A stretch of DNA of 64,000 nucleotides from Comamonas sp. (GCA_015478895.1 JADMKK010000024.1:37803-101802); one strand, 5' to 3'; shown: positions 48,865 to 58,457, numbered from the stretch's first letter. Translations and numbers: made by a program. Notes: generated from the letters alone by a model not told the origin.

Positions 48865-49289
48865 GAGAGTTTTTCTACGATGGAGTTCGGAATACGGGCA
48901 GGGCGCATGGTGGTCGAATCGACCCAGCCGATGCGAATGCTGCCTTCACATAACAGTTTGGGTGCTTCATCGGATGACACAGGCTGCAAAAAAGCCTGCT
49001 GTGCAATCGTGATGGAAGCCCGGCCCGCAGATTGCAACACGGCAGTGACCTCAATCATGTCATCCAGACGCGCAGGATGCAGGTAGTTCAGTTCAGCGTG
49101 GGTCACCACGAACATGCCGCCCACTTCATCACGCAGCTTTTGCTGCGCTACGCCCACATTGCGCAGCCACTCGGTGCGTGCACGCTCAAAAAACTTGAGG
49201 TAGTTGGCGTAGAAGACGATGCCACCGGCGTCGGTGTCTTCCCAGTACACGCGAATGGGAAAGGAAAAAACCATCAAAGTTCCCTTCAA
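48861..49289 (-). CDS. ybgC: Tol-Pal-associated acyl-CoA thioesterase
   Basis: VYWEDTDAGGIVFYANYLKFFERAR; start may be 49274. Confidence 0.93.
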   Translation of the reverse strand: MKGTLMVFSFPIRVYWEDTDAGGIVFYANYLKFFERARTEWLRNVGVAQQKLRDEVGGMFVVTHAELNYLHPARLDDMIEVTAVLQSAGRASITIAQQAFLQPVSSDEAPKLLCEGSIRIGWVDSTTMRPARIPNSIVEKLS

Positions 49290-50470
49290 GCAAATAAACG
49301 CTGCATACGGCGCACGGCTTCCTGCAGCTGCTCCAGCGAGTTGGCGGTGGAAAAACGCACATAGCGGGCGGTATCAGCGGTGCCAAAATCACGCCCCGGT
49401 GTGATGGCCAGGTGGGCCTTTTCCATCAGCGCATAGGCGAATTCCCAGCTGTCTTTAACTCCGAGTTTGGCGCACAGCGGCGTGCAGTCAGCCCATGCAT
49501 AAAACGCACCATCGGGCATGACGTCCATGCCAAAGCCCAGCTCCTTGAGCGCTGGCAAAAAGTAGTCACGGCGCGCTTTGAACTCTGCGCGGCGCGCTTC
49601 AAAGATGGCTAGGCTCTCGGGCGTAAAGCAGGCCAGTGCAGCGTGCTGGGCGATGGTGGAGGCGCAAATGAACAGGTTTTGTGCCATGCGTTCAACCACC
49701 GGCACCATGGCCTCAGGCACCACCATCCAGCCCAGGCGCCAGCCCGTCATGTTGAAGTACTTGCTAAAGCTGTTGATGGAGATGATGTCGTCACTGATAG
49801 CTAGGGCACTGTGGCCAAAAGCTTCTTCATACGACAAGCCCAGATAAATTTCATCGACGATGGTGACGCCGCCTCTGGCTTTCACCACTTCGTGGATGCG
49901 GCGCAACTCAGCCGGGTCAATCGACGTGCCTGTGGGGTTGGAGGGCGACGCCAGCAGTACGCCGCGGGTGCTGTCACCCCAGTGGGTTTCCACCTGCTCT
50001 GCGCTCAGTTGATAACGCTCGGCTGCACCGGTCGGGATCAGTGTGGCGATGCCTTCTGCCGCACTGACAAAGTGGCGGTTGCAGGGGTAGCTGGGGTCGG
50101 GCATCAGGATCTCATCGCCCGGATTGATCAAGGCCAAGCAGGCCAGTTGCAGCGCAGCGGATGCGCCTGCGGTGATCACAATGCGTTGCGCCGGCACATC
50201 CACACCAAAGCGTGTGCTGTACCAGGCGCTGATCGCTTCGCGCAGTGGCTCCAGGCCCAGCGCATTGGTGTATTGGGTGTTGCCCGTGGCAATGCTGTGG
50301 CTGGCGGCTGCTTGTACTTGTGCGGGCGCGGTGTAGTCTGGCTCGCCGATGTTCAGGAAGATCATTGGCTCAGGGCCATCAGCGACCTGTTTTGCCAATT
50401 GCTGGGCTGCTTTGGCCACTTCCATCACATAAAAAGGGGTGATCTTTTCGGCGCGCGTAGAAAACTGCAT
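49286..50470 (-). CDS. PLP-dependent aminotransferase, class I/II
   Basis: IGEPD, PSNPTG, VDEIY, SFSKYFNMTGWRLG. Confidence 0.95.
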   Translation of the reverse strand: MQFSTRAEKITPFYVMEVAKAAQQLAKQVADGPEPMIFLNIGEPDYTAPAQVQAAASHSIATGNTQYTNALGLEPLREAISAWYSTRFGVDVPAQRIVITAGASAALQLACLALINPGDEILMPDPSYPCNRHFVSAAEGIATLIPTGAAERYQLSAEQVETHWGDSTRGVLLASPSNPTGTSIDPAELRRIHEVVKARGGVTIVDEIYLGLSYEEAFGHSALAISDDIISINSFSKYFNMTGWRLGWMVVPEAMVPVVERMAQNLFICASTIAQHAALACFTPESLAIFEARRAEFKARRDYFLPALKELGFGMDVMPDGAFYAWADCTPLCAKLGVKDSWEFAYALMEKAHLAITPGRDFGTADTARYVRFSTANSLEQLQEAVRRMQRLFA

Positions 50471-50566
50471 GGGTCAGACAAAGCGCAAAGCGCTTAATAA
50501 AGAGAAACAAAACAGCCATGAAAAAAGGCAGCGGCACCAAGAGTGCGCTGCCTTTGTCAGACTGGC

Positions 50567-51100
50567 TCAGGCCTTTTTGGCCTTGTCCGCACCGACTTCG
50601 TCGGCACGCAGCTCAGGCGCCAGTGCGTTCAAGATGCCGTTGACATATTTGTGTCCGTCGGTGCCGCCGAACTCCTTGGCCAGCTCAATGACTTCATTGA
50701 GCACCACGCGCCATGGCACGTCCATGCAGTGCATCAGCTCGTAAGCGCCGATCCACAGGCAGGCTTGTTCGATGGGCGACAACTCTTCCAGCTTGCGGTC
50801 CAGCTTGGGCGTAATCAGTGCATTGAGGTCTTGTTCGATCTCGATGCAGCCATGCAGCAGCGCGTCGTAATGCGCGGCATCGCACTTGTGAAAACCTGCC
50901 AGATCGCGTGTGAACATGTCGATCGAGGTGGCGCTGTTCTTACCAACCAAGTGCTGGTAGAGCGCTTGCAGGGCAAACTCGCGCGAACGTGTGCGTGCCG
51001 ACTTGGACGACGCCTTGCGTGCGCCCGTGCTGGTCAGACCTGTGCGTTTTTTGGGAGGCGTTGGGGTTTCGCCAGCGGGTGTATTTGGTGCTTCGCTCAT
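50567..51100 (-). CDS. nusB: Transcription antitermination factor NusB
   Basis: [31 protein letters not shown]. Confidence 0.96.
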   Translation of the reverse strand: MSEAPNTPAGETPTPPKKRTGLTSTGARKASSKSARTRSREFALQALYQHLVGKNSATSIDMFTRDLAGFHKCDAAHYDALLHGCIEIEQDLNALITPKLDRKLEELSPIEQACLWIGAYELMHCMDVPWRVVLNEVIELAKEFGGTDGHKYVNGILNALAPELRADEVGADKAKKA

Positions 51101-51102
51101 GG

Positions 51103-51567
51103 TTATTTCAGGGTTTTGAGCAGTGTGGCCATCTCAACGGCCACACGCGCGGCGTCCAGTCCCTTTTCGGTCTGGCGCTCGATCGCTTGCTCGAGGTTTT
51201 CTGTGGTGATGATTGCATTGGCAATCGGCAGTCTGTAGTCCAAGCTCAAACGCGTAACACCCGCGCCCGATTCATTGGCCACCAGCTCAAAGTGGTATGT
51301 CTCCCCACGAATGATGCAACCCAGTGCGATCAGTGCATCGTAGCCACCGCGCTCAGCCATGGCTTGTAGGGCCACAGGCACTTCAAGCGCGCCGGGCACC
51401 ATGACATGGTCGATGCCTTCAGGTTGCACGCCCGTAGCCAGCAGCTCTTGGCGGCATGCATCGGCCAAGGCATTGGTGATGCCTTCGTTCCAGCGGGCTT
51501 GCACAATGCCGATACGCAGTCCGTGACCGTTCAGTGTTGCGGCGGAGCCTTTTTCAGCGTTCAGCAT
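51103..51567 (-). CDS. ribH: Lumazine synthase
   Basis: [23 protein letters not shown]. Confidence 0.97.
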   Translation of the reverse strand: MLNAEKGSAATLNGHGLRIGIVQARWNEGITNALADACRQELLATGVQPEGIDHVMVPGALEVPVALQAMAERGGYDALIALGCIIRGETYHFELVANESGAGVTRLSLDYRLPIANAIITTENLEQAIERQTEKGLDAARVAVEMATLLKTLK

Positions 51568-51572
51568 CTTCT

Positions 51573-52694
51573 TTATTCCTTATTGATATAGCCAGTGATT
51601 TCCAGTCCATAGCCCGCCATGCTGGGCATGCGGCGCGGCTGGCCCAGCAGCTGCATCTTATGAACTCCACATTCGCGCAGAATTTGTGCGCCAATGCCGT
51701 AAGTGCGCAGGTCCATGCGGCCACGCTCTGGTGCTTGGGCCGAGCGGGCCTTGCCTTCAAATTGCGCCATCAGCTGCTGCGCGTTTTCGCTGCAGTTGAG
51801 CAAAACCGTCACACCCTGGCCGCGCGCTGCAATGTATTCAAGGCTGGTGTCCAGGCTCCACGAATGCATGCTGCGGTTGACTTCCAGCGCGTCCAGCACC
51901 GACAGTGGCTCGTGCACGCGCACGGCGACTTCGTCGGACTCAGCCCATGTGCCTTTAACCAGTGCCATGTGAACCGACTGGCTGGGCTTGTCAAGGAACA
52001 GGTGGGCAGTGAACTCACCCCAATGGGTGCTGAGGCTGCGGCTGCCAATTTTTTCCAGCAGCGATTCATCGCGGCTGCGGTATTCGATCAGATCGGCAAT
52101 CGTGCCAATTTTCAGACCATGCTCTGCGGCAAACAGTTGCAGATCAGGCAGACGGGCCATGGTGCCGTCGTCCTTCATGATCTCGCAGATCACCGACGAT
52201 GGGCTGCAGCCGGCCATGGCGGCCAAGTCACAACCGGCTTCGGTATGACCGGCACGAATCAAAACGCCGCCATCGACTGCTTGCAGCGGGAAAACGTGGC
52301 CGGGTTGTACCAAATCTGTTGGCACTGCTGATTTGGCCACCGCCGTCTGGATGGTGCGCGCGCGGTCTGCGGCAGAAATGCCGGTGGTCACGCCTTCTGC
52401 GGCTTCAATGGATACCGTGAATGCCGTGCTGTACACAGTGCCATTGCGCGCAGCCATCGGTGGCAGCTTGAGGAATTCGCAACGCTCGCGGGTCAGCGTC
52501 AGACAGATCAGGCCACGGCCAAACTTGGCCATGAAGTTAATGGCTTCTGGTGTGACGTGGTCAGAAGCCAGTACCAAGTCGCCCTCGTTCTCGCGGTCTT
52601 CTTCATCGACCAAGATGACCATGCGGCCAGCACGCATTTCAGCCACGATGTCTTGCACCGGTGAAATCTGCACGGGGTTGAGAGGGGTGTTCAT
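51573..52694 (-). CDS. ribB: DHBP synthase fused to a degenerate GTP cyclohydrolase II domain (RibBX type)
   Basis: [20 protein letters not shown]-terminal domain reads [10 protein letters not shown] without the zinc-binding cysteines. Confidence 0.93.
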   Translation of the reverse strand: MNTPLNPVQISPVQDIVAEMRAGRMVILVDEEDRENEGDLVLASDHVTPEAINFMAKFGRGLICLTLTRERCEFLKLPPMAARNGTVYSTAFTVSIEAAEGVTTGISAADRARTIQTAVAKSAVPTDLVQPGHVFPLQAVDGGVLIRAGHTEAGCDLAAMAGCSPSSVICEIMKDDGTMARLPDLQLFAAEHGLKIGTIADLIEYRSRDESLLEKIGSRSLSTHWGEFTAHLFLDKPSQSVHMALVKGTWAESDEVAVRVHEPLSVLDALEVNRSMHSWSLDTSLEYIAARGQGVTVLLNCSENAQQLMAQFEGKARSAQAPERGRMDLRTYGIGAQILRECGVHKMQLLGQPRRMPSMAGYGLEITGYINKE

Positions 52695-52777
52695 GGGTAG
52701 TTTCCTTGGAGTGACCTGTCAGGTGCCGGCAGCACAGTCTTGGTATGGGCGCCGGCCCAGCATGCAAAGTGCATACC

Positions 52778-52788
52778 TCCAAAGAACA
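52778..52788 (-). promoter_or_regulatory. boxA-like element in the ribB-ribH-nusB leader
   Basis: TGTTCTTTGGA versus boxA consensus GYTCTTTAANA, ~84 nt upstream of the ribB ATG. Confidence 0.4.
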
Positions 52789-52904
52789 TATGTGCGCGGT
52801 CACCGCCGCTGGGAGCCCCCGCGCCGGATGGTGCGAGGTGCTCGGGGAAAAAAGCATTTTAGTGCTTTGTTGTGGGTTTGCCCGCAAAAGCTTGCAGCGT
52901 TGCC

Positions 52905-53201
52905 CTAGGACTCAGGGTTTTGCAAGCTGACATCGCTGTCTGGATAGGCCACGCAAGGCAGCACGCAGCCTTCAGCTTTTTCCTCCGCCGTCAAGCTGGG
53001 CCACTCTATCTGGTAATGCACGGAGCCCGAAGTGAGCTTGCCCAGGCAGGTGCGGCAACTGCCGTTGCGGCAGGAGCTGGGCCACTGCAGCCCCCCCATT
53101 TCCATGGAGTCCAGCAACGTATCTGTGGCCCATGCATCACATTGATCGCCTTGGGGCTCAAGCTTGGCAATAAATAACTGGGGGGTGAAAACTTCATTCA
53201 T
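52905..53201 (-). CDS. 2Fe-2S ferredoxin
   Basis: C-x4-C-x2-C (CRNGSCRTC) plus distal LPC. Confidence 0.92.
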   Translation of the reverse strand: MNEVFTPQLFIAKLEPQGDQCDAWATDTLLDSMEMGGLQWPSSCRNGSCRTCLGKLTSGSVHYQIEWPSLTAEEKAEGCVLPCVAYPDSDVSLQNPES

Positions 53202-53239
53202 CTCGCAAAGCAGCACAAAGGCAAAGGGCGCAAAAAAGA

Positions 53240-53720
53240 GATTGTGCTTGTTTTGCGCCGCAAATTGGAGGTGAAGGGGTGCTTAAAAAACAAGCACAAC
53301 AGCTGGTGCCTTTGCAGATCAAGCACTTGTGCGCGGTGTTGCTCCTTTCTCTGACTTTATCCACATAGTTGTGCATGAAAATTGGGGGCAACTGCGGCAT
53401 AAACACGAGATATCCACTGCGTACCTGAGTTGGTGCGCCATCGCGGTGAATAAAGTGCCGTGTTGTCTAAATTTTAGACATTGAATTTTATGTGTAATGA
53501 AATCAATGGTTTGATTGAGTTGTTGTTGGTGTTGCGATGACTTATGCACAGGATTGTTCAGTTTTTCCGGGTACAAGTTGACTGGGTTTATTAAGATTTG
53601 CCTAAAAAATAGGCATTTCTGAACAGTTGTTGCAAAACAAGCACTTATGAAACTTGTTAGGTGCCATGCAGAACTTGTCCACATGGTTGTGCTGCTTAAC
53701 GGGGGATAAGATTTTTCATG
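53240..53720. other. Candidate chromosomal replication origin (oriC)
   Basis: ~750-bp non-coding gap; DnaA boxes TTATCCACA (53357, perfect), TTATGCACA (53542), TTGTCCACA (53675) and degenerate boxes at 53370, 53410, 53445, 53701; IHF consensus; AT-rich core. Confidence 0.7.
53501..53513 (+). promoter_or_regulatory. IHF consensus site
   Basis: AATCAATGGTTTG matches WATCAANNNNTTR exactly, with an AT-rich 5' flank. Confidence 0.6.
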
Positions 53721-53971
53721 CAAGCCATTGACTATTTGGAGGCGGGCTGCACTTATAGCTTCGTTGGCGGTAGCGCGATGCGATGCTGTCTGATAGCGGC
53801 CGCGCTTTAGCGGTTACAAAGTGAGTCTGCAATCGCCTGGGGCTTGCAACAGGAGATAGAGCGTGGTTATGTCACTTGGGGGCTACAGCGCCAAAGGCAT
53901 ATCTCTATGATTCGACGCAATAAGGCACATGCTAAGGTTGCCTCCAGTTTTGACCATCACATCCGACAAGA

Positions 53972-55501
53972 ATGAATTCAACGTCCAAGCCGTTTTCCCT
54001 GCCCGCTGCCGAGCGCCTTGTAAGCATACGACGCGGTATTGAAAAAGAAGGCTTGCGCGTATTGCCATCGGGCTCTTTGGCACTGACACCGCACCCTGCT
54101 GCATTGGGTTCTGCACTCACCCATCCCCACATCACCACCGACTACAGCGAATCGCAGCTGGAATTGATCACCGGCGCGCGCGTGGGTGTGGAGGAATGCC
54201 TGCAAGAGTTGCAGCAGGTGCACCAGTACACGCTGCACAGCATGGCGCAGCTGGGCGAGGAGACCATCTGGGCCTCCAGCATGCCCTGCCACTTGCCGAC
54301 CGATGAAACCATTCCGCTGGGCCGCTATGGTGCCTCGCACGTGGGACGCTCCAAAAGCGTTTATCGCATGGGCCTGGGGCACCGCTATGGCCGGCGTATG
54401 CAGACCATCTCGGGCATCCACTACAACTGGTCGCTGCCAGGCGTCAGCAGCGAAGAGTATTTCGCGCTGATTCGCAACTTTCGCCGCAATGCATTTGTGC
54501 TGCTGTATTTGTTTGGCGCATCGCCTGCGCTGAGTACCTGTTTTGTGGATGGGCGCGAGCACCGTCTGCAGCCTTTGGGCGATGCCAAAAAAGCGCTGCA
54601 CTTACCGTATGCCACTTCGCTGCGCATGGGCCGCCTGGGTTACCAGAGCGATGCCCAAGCGTCGATCAATGTCAGCTACAACGGTCTGGATGGCTATGCC
54701 CACTCGCTGCACCAAGCGCTGACCCAGCCTTACCCGGCTTATGAGCAACTGGGCGTGCGCAACCCCGGTGGTGACTACAACCAGCTGGGCACCAGCTTGC
54801 TGCAGATTGAAAACGAGTTCTACGGCACCATCCGCCCCAAACGCACCGTACACAGCGGCGAGCGTCCGCTGCACGCCCTGCGCGAGCGTGGTGTGGAATA
54901 CGTGGAAGTGCGGCTGATGGACTTGGACCCGTTTGAGCCGCTGGGCATCAATACCAGCACCATGCGCATGCTGGATGTGTTCTTGCTGCACTGCCTGCTC
55001 AGCGACAGCCCCGACGATTCACCGGAGGAAATCACCCAGCTCAAGCACAACCAGCATCTGGTGGCTGAGCGTGGACGCGAGCCGGGCTTGCAGCTGCAGC
55101 GCGGCAGTGAATCGGTCACGCTGACCGATTGGGCCAATGCCATGCTCAGCGAATGTGTGCCACTGGCCGCAGCGCTGGATGCCGCGCATGCCACTACGGC
55201 CTATAGTGAAGCCCTGGCGCTGGCGCAGTCGCGCGTGGCGCAGCCGCACACCACACCCTCGGCGCGCGTGCTGGAACAAATGCGCCGCCTGCATGGCAAC
55301 AGCTTTGCGCAATTTGGCCTGACCCAATCGCTGTGGGCACGCGATCAATTGCTCAGCCTGCCTTGGAGCGTGCAGGATGCCGAGCGCTTTGCGCAAATGG
55401 CGCAAACCTCAGTGCAGGCGCAGCAAGCCATTGAAGCGGCCGACACGGGCAGCTTTGAAGCGTGGCGACAGCGTTATATGGATCCTGCAGCGCTGGGTTA
55501 A
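53972..55501 (+). CDS. gshA: Glutamate-cysteine ligase
   Basis: RRGIEKEGLR, HITTDYSESQLE, ISGIHYN, ATSLRM, ENEFYG, YVEVR. Confidence 0.96.
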   Translation: MNSTSKPFSLPAAERLVSIRRGIEKEGLRVLPSGSLALTPHPAALGSALTHPHITTDYSESQLELITGARVGVEECLQELQQVHQYTLHSMAQLGEETIWASSMPCHLPTDETIPLGRYGASHVGRSKSVYRMGLGHRYGRRMQTISGIHYNWSLPGVSSEEYFALIRNFRRNAFVLLYLFGASPALSTCFVDGREHRLQPLGDAKKALHLPYATSLRMGRLGYQSDAQASINVSYNGLDGYAHSLHQALTQPYPAYEQLGVRNPGGDYNQLGTSLLQIENEFYGTIRPKRTVHSGERPLHALRERGVEYVEVRLMDLDPFEPLGINTSTMRMLDVFLLHCLLSDSPDDSPEEITQLKHNQHLVAERGREPGLQLQRGSESVTLTDWANAMLSECVPLAAALDAAHATTAYSEALALAQSRVAQPHTTPSARVLEQMRRLHGNSFAQFGLTQSLWARDQLLSLPWSVQDAERFAQMAQTSVQAQQAIEAADTGSFEAWRQRYMDPAALG

Positions 55502-55534
55502 ACGACAGAAAGCCAACGCAGTGCTCTTGAAAAA

Positions 55535-55614
55535 GGAGCTGCATGCCATTGTGATTGCTGAATATCAAGTGCTTTTAAGCCTGAAGTCCAGTCAATTCAA
55601 GGGCATGCAGCTCC
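55535..55614. repeat. 80-bp palindromic element, copy 5
   Basis: Perfect 18-bp IR AAAAAGGAGCTGCATGCC / GGCATGCAGCTCCTTTTT spanning 55530..55619; may also act as gshA terminator. Confidence 0.82.
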
Positions 55615-55671
55615 TTTTTTGATTCCAGAAGTCGTCCATCTGTCATTGCACTGTCATGGTATTGACACTTT

Positions 55672-57297
55672 TTGATACTAAATTGGCGAAAACTGCATGT
55701 GGAGATGTTTGCTGCTATGTCGCTGATAGTTACTTCTGTGGCGCACGCGCCTTTCAAGGCGGGGCTGCGTTCTAGCTGGTTGGGCAACTGGCCGGTAGCC
55801 GTCAAGATTGCCTTGGTGTTTGGCGGACTGCTGCTGTGCGGCGTGCTGGTGGCCGGAGGGCTGATTGCCTATCTGCAAAAAGTAGAACATGAGGCCGCAG
55901 CCAGCTTGCAGTTGCACGACGATGTGCTTGCCCAGGCTCAGCAGTGGCAAGCGCTGACGCTGCAAGGTGTGGAAACTGCGCTGGCCAGCGTTTTGTCGTC
56001 GGAAGAAGCAATGATTGCTGCTTTTGGCGGCAAGGCTACCAACTATCTCGCCCAGGCACGCGCTTTAGCGCAGTCCATGGCACTGTTTGGTGCGCTGGGC
56101 AAACAACTGCAGGCCCAAGAAACCGCCTTGACCCAAAGCTATACCGAAAGTTTTCGTGCGCGTGACTTGGGCATGGCATGGGAGGCAGAGCGGTTGGTCA
56201 AAGAATTGCTAGAGCCAGCGGCACAGACGTATTTGCACACCCAGCAGCAGTGGCTGGAGCAGTTGCAGCAAGCGCGCCAAGCGGCGCAGGCGTCGGCTGC
56301 GCAGATGCGCCAGTCTGCGCAGCGCTGGGCGTTGCTCATCTATGCCGCTTTGCTGGGAGTGGGCGTGTGGATTTCGGTGGTGATTACGCGCTCTATCACG
56401 CAGCCTCTGGCGCAGGCAGTAGCACTGGCGCAGGCCATTGCCCAAGGGGATTTGACCGAGCAAGTGTGCGAACGCCGTAAAGACGAAATGGGCAGCTTGC
56501 TGCGGGCCTTTGACCGTATGGGCCAGCAATTGCACGGCGTGGTGGCGCAGGTGCGCAGCGGGGTGGAGCATGTCACGCAAACAGCCAGTCACTTGGCGCA
56601 CGGTAATGCGCAACTGGCCCAGCGTACGCAACACACCGATGCGCAGTTGCAGTTGGCAGTGACGGGGATTGAGCAAATCAGGCAGCAACTGGCAGATTCG
56701 GTGGCCGACGCGGGCCAGGCCCACCAGCTTGCTGCGAGCGCCGCGCAATCGGCCAGCGACGGCGGGGCGGTGGTGCAACAGGTGGCTGCGCGCATGCACA
56801 GCTTGCGTGCGCAGAGTGCGGAAATTGCTGCCATCACAGGCGTGATTGACGGCATTGCGTTTCAAACCAACATCTTGGCGCTCAATGCCGCGGTAGAGGC
56901 TGCGCGTGCTGGCGAGCAGGGTCGGGGCTTTGCCGTCGTCGCCGCCGAAGTGCGCGCACTCGCACTGCGCAGCGCAGAGGCCGCACGCCAGATCAAAACC
57001 TTAATCAGCAGCTCTTTGGAGCAGATGGAGGCAGGCACGGGCTTGGCTCAGGAGGCCGGGCAACGCATGCAGCGCATCGTGCAAGATGTGCAGCATGTGA
57101 GCACGTTGGTGGGCGGTATTACCCACAAGGCGCAAGCGCAAAGCCAAGGCATTGGTCAGTTGCACCAAGCCATGGTGCAACTGGATGGTTTGACACAAGA
57201 CAACGCCGCCTTGGTGCAGGCCAGCCATCAAGCAGCTGCCAGCCTGGACCAGCAGGCCGCACATCTGGGACAGCAAGTGGCAGTGTTTCGTTTGTAA
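55672..57297 (+). CDS. Methyl-accepting chemotaxis protein
   Basis: Two TMs, periplasmic helical sensor, HAMP, QTNILALNAAVEAARAGEQGRGFAVVA; start uncertain. Confidence 0.95.
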   Translation: MILNWRKLHVEMFAAMSLIVTSVAHAPFKAGLRSSWLGNWPVAVKIALVFGGLLLCGVLVAGGLIAYLQKVEHEAAASLQLHDDVLAQAQQWQALTLQGVETALASVLSSEEAMIAAFGGKATNYLAQARALAQSMALFGALGKQLQAQETALTQSYTESFRARDLGMAWEAERLVKELLEPAAQTYLHTQQQWLEQLQQARQAAQASAAQMRQSAQRWALLIYAALLGVGVWISVVITRSITQPLAQAVALAQAIAQGDLTEQVCERRKDEMGSLLRAFDRMGQQLHGVVAQVRSGVEHVTQTASHLAHGNAQLAQRTQHTDAQLQLAVTGIEQIRQQLADSVADAGQAHQLAASAAQSASDGGAVVQQVAARMHSLRAQSAEIAAITGVIDGIAFQTNILALNAAVEAARAGEQGRGFAVVAAEVRALALRSAEAARQIKTLISSSLEQMEAGTGLAQEAGQRMQRIVQDVQHVSTLVGGITHKAQAQSQGIGQLHQAMVQLDGLTQDNAALVQASHQAAASLDQQAAHLGQQVAVFRL

Positions 57298-57380
57298 TCT
57301 CGATATTCAGATTTCATATGGCCGTGGCCCATCTGGGCTACGCTTGTTGTAAAGCCTTTCCATTGTCTGGAGAGGATTTT

Positions 57381-58457
57381 TTATGCCACTTTCATCTTGG
57401 CCAGAGCAGGCTGCATGAAACCTGAGGTTGCCATGGTTTGGCCGTCATCGAACATGACGCTGCGCTCCGGCCAGCGCAGGGCTGCGAGCTTGAGGTGCTG
57501 CTGCGGCCGATTAAAAGTACGCGCTTGGGCGCGTGCGCCGACGGAGTAGTCCACGCAAAACACATTGCCGCGCTGGCCGTGCCATGCCATGGGTGCAACA
57601 CCGCTGAACAGTCCTTCTTGCGTGGTCTGGCTGGGCAAGGTGCTGCGCCAGTAGTGGCCAACGACGACCGGTGTTGTTTCCGTGTAATCGTCCCACCACG
57701 CCATACGTTCGACAAAGCGCCATTTATTGCCGGCAAAAAAAGGCTGCTGCGCTTTGCGCTCAAGGCCGCAGGTCAGGACTTTGAGCGGGTTAAAGGTGGC
57801 TTTATTGAGTTCGTTGTCGCAGTGGGCTTGCAAAAACGGGGGGCGCTGCTGGCCGTCTTCAAGGCTATGGGGCCAGATGTGGTGCTCGGCCTGCATGCGG
57901 TCGGCGATCAGCCGCTCCCGGGCGACGGCCGTGGCCTGGTTCTCCCAGTGGTCATATTCAGTGCGGGCACTTCCCAGAGACATGCCCCGCGCTTTCTGGA
58001 CATCGGGCGCGTGCCAGGCGGCGTGTATGACGCGGATGTCAGAGCGCTCCAGCGCCAGCGGTAGAGCGTTTAAGAATGCTTCGATGCGCGCACGTTGCAA
58101 GGTATTGGTGACGCAGGCGAACTGGCTGTATTTGCCCAGATCGCTCTCTAAACGCTCAGGGAAAAACCAGCCGGAGCCGTCCTTGGGGTCGTGGCGCAGC
58201 AGATTGATTTCATGGTTGCCGGTGATCGCACACGCGTTGCCTGCTTCCACCAATCGCTGCACCAGATCCACCACGCCGGGGCTATCAGGGCCGCGATCTA
58301 CAAAATCGCCCACAAACACCAGCGTGCGGTGCTCGGGGTGTCTGCCCTGTGCGTCATAGCCGAGGTGGCCCAGCAATTGCTGCAACGCTTGCAGCTCACC
58401 GTGGATGTCTCCGACGATGTCAAGTGGGCCAGTTGGCAGGGATTGGATGAGACTCAT
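57381..58457 (-). CDS. Calcineurin-like (PPP family) metallophosphoesterase
   Basis: GDIHG, GDFVDRG and GNHE motifs; later VVGHYW and CVDYS. Confidence 0.9.
   Translation of the reverse strand: MSLIQSLPTGPLDIVGDIHGELQALQQLLGHLGYDAQGRHPEHRTLVFVGDFVDRGPDSPGVVDLVQRLVEAGNACAITGNHEINLLRHDPKDGSGWFFPERLESDLGKYSQFACVTNTLQRARIEAFLNALPLALERSDIRVIHAAWHAPDVQKARGMSLGSARTEYDHWENQATAVARERLIADRMQAEHHIWPHSLEDGQQRPPFLQAHCDNELNKATFNPLKVLTCGLERKAQQPFFAGNKWRFVERMAWWDDYTETTPVVVGHYWRSTLPSQTTQEGLFSGVAPMAWHGQRGNVFCVDYSVGARAQARTFNRPQQHLKLAALRWPERSVMFDDGQTMATSGFMQPALAKMKVA

Noticed and set aside
52700-52860. FMN riboswitch expected upstream of ribB
   Set aside because: Only a loose GGGG-CTCCC-AGCGGCGGT resemblance; the AGGGC start, T-loop motifs and 3' AGTCCGGATG block are missing on the coding strand.
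32121-53200. Coordinated zinc-sparing trend across GspE, DUF35 and RibBX
   Set aside because: Three unrelated genes of different origin; RibBX degeneration is widespread; no zinc-regulon evidence in the window.
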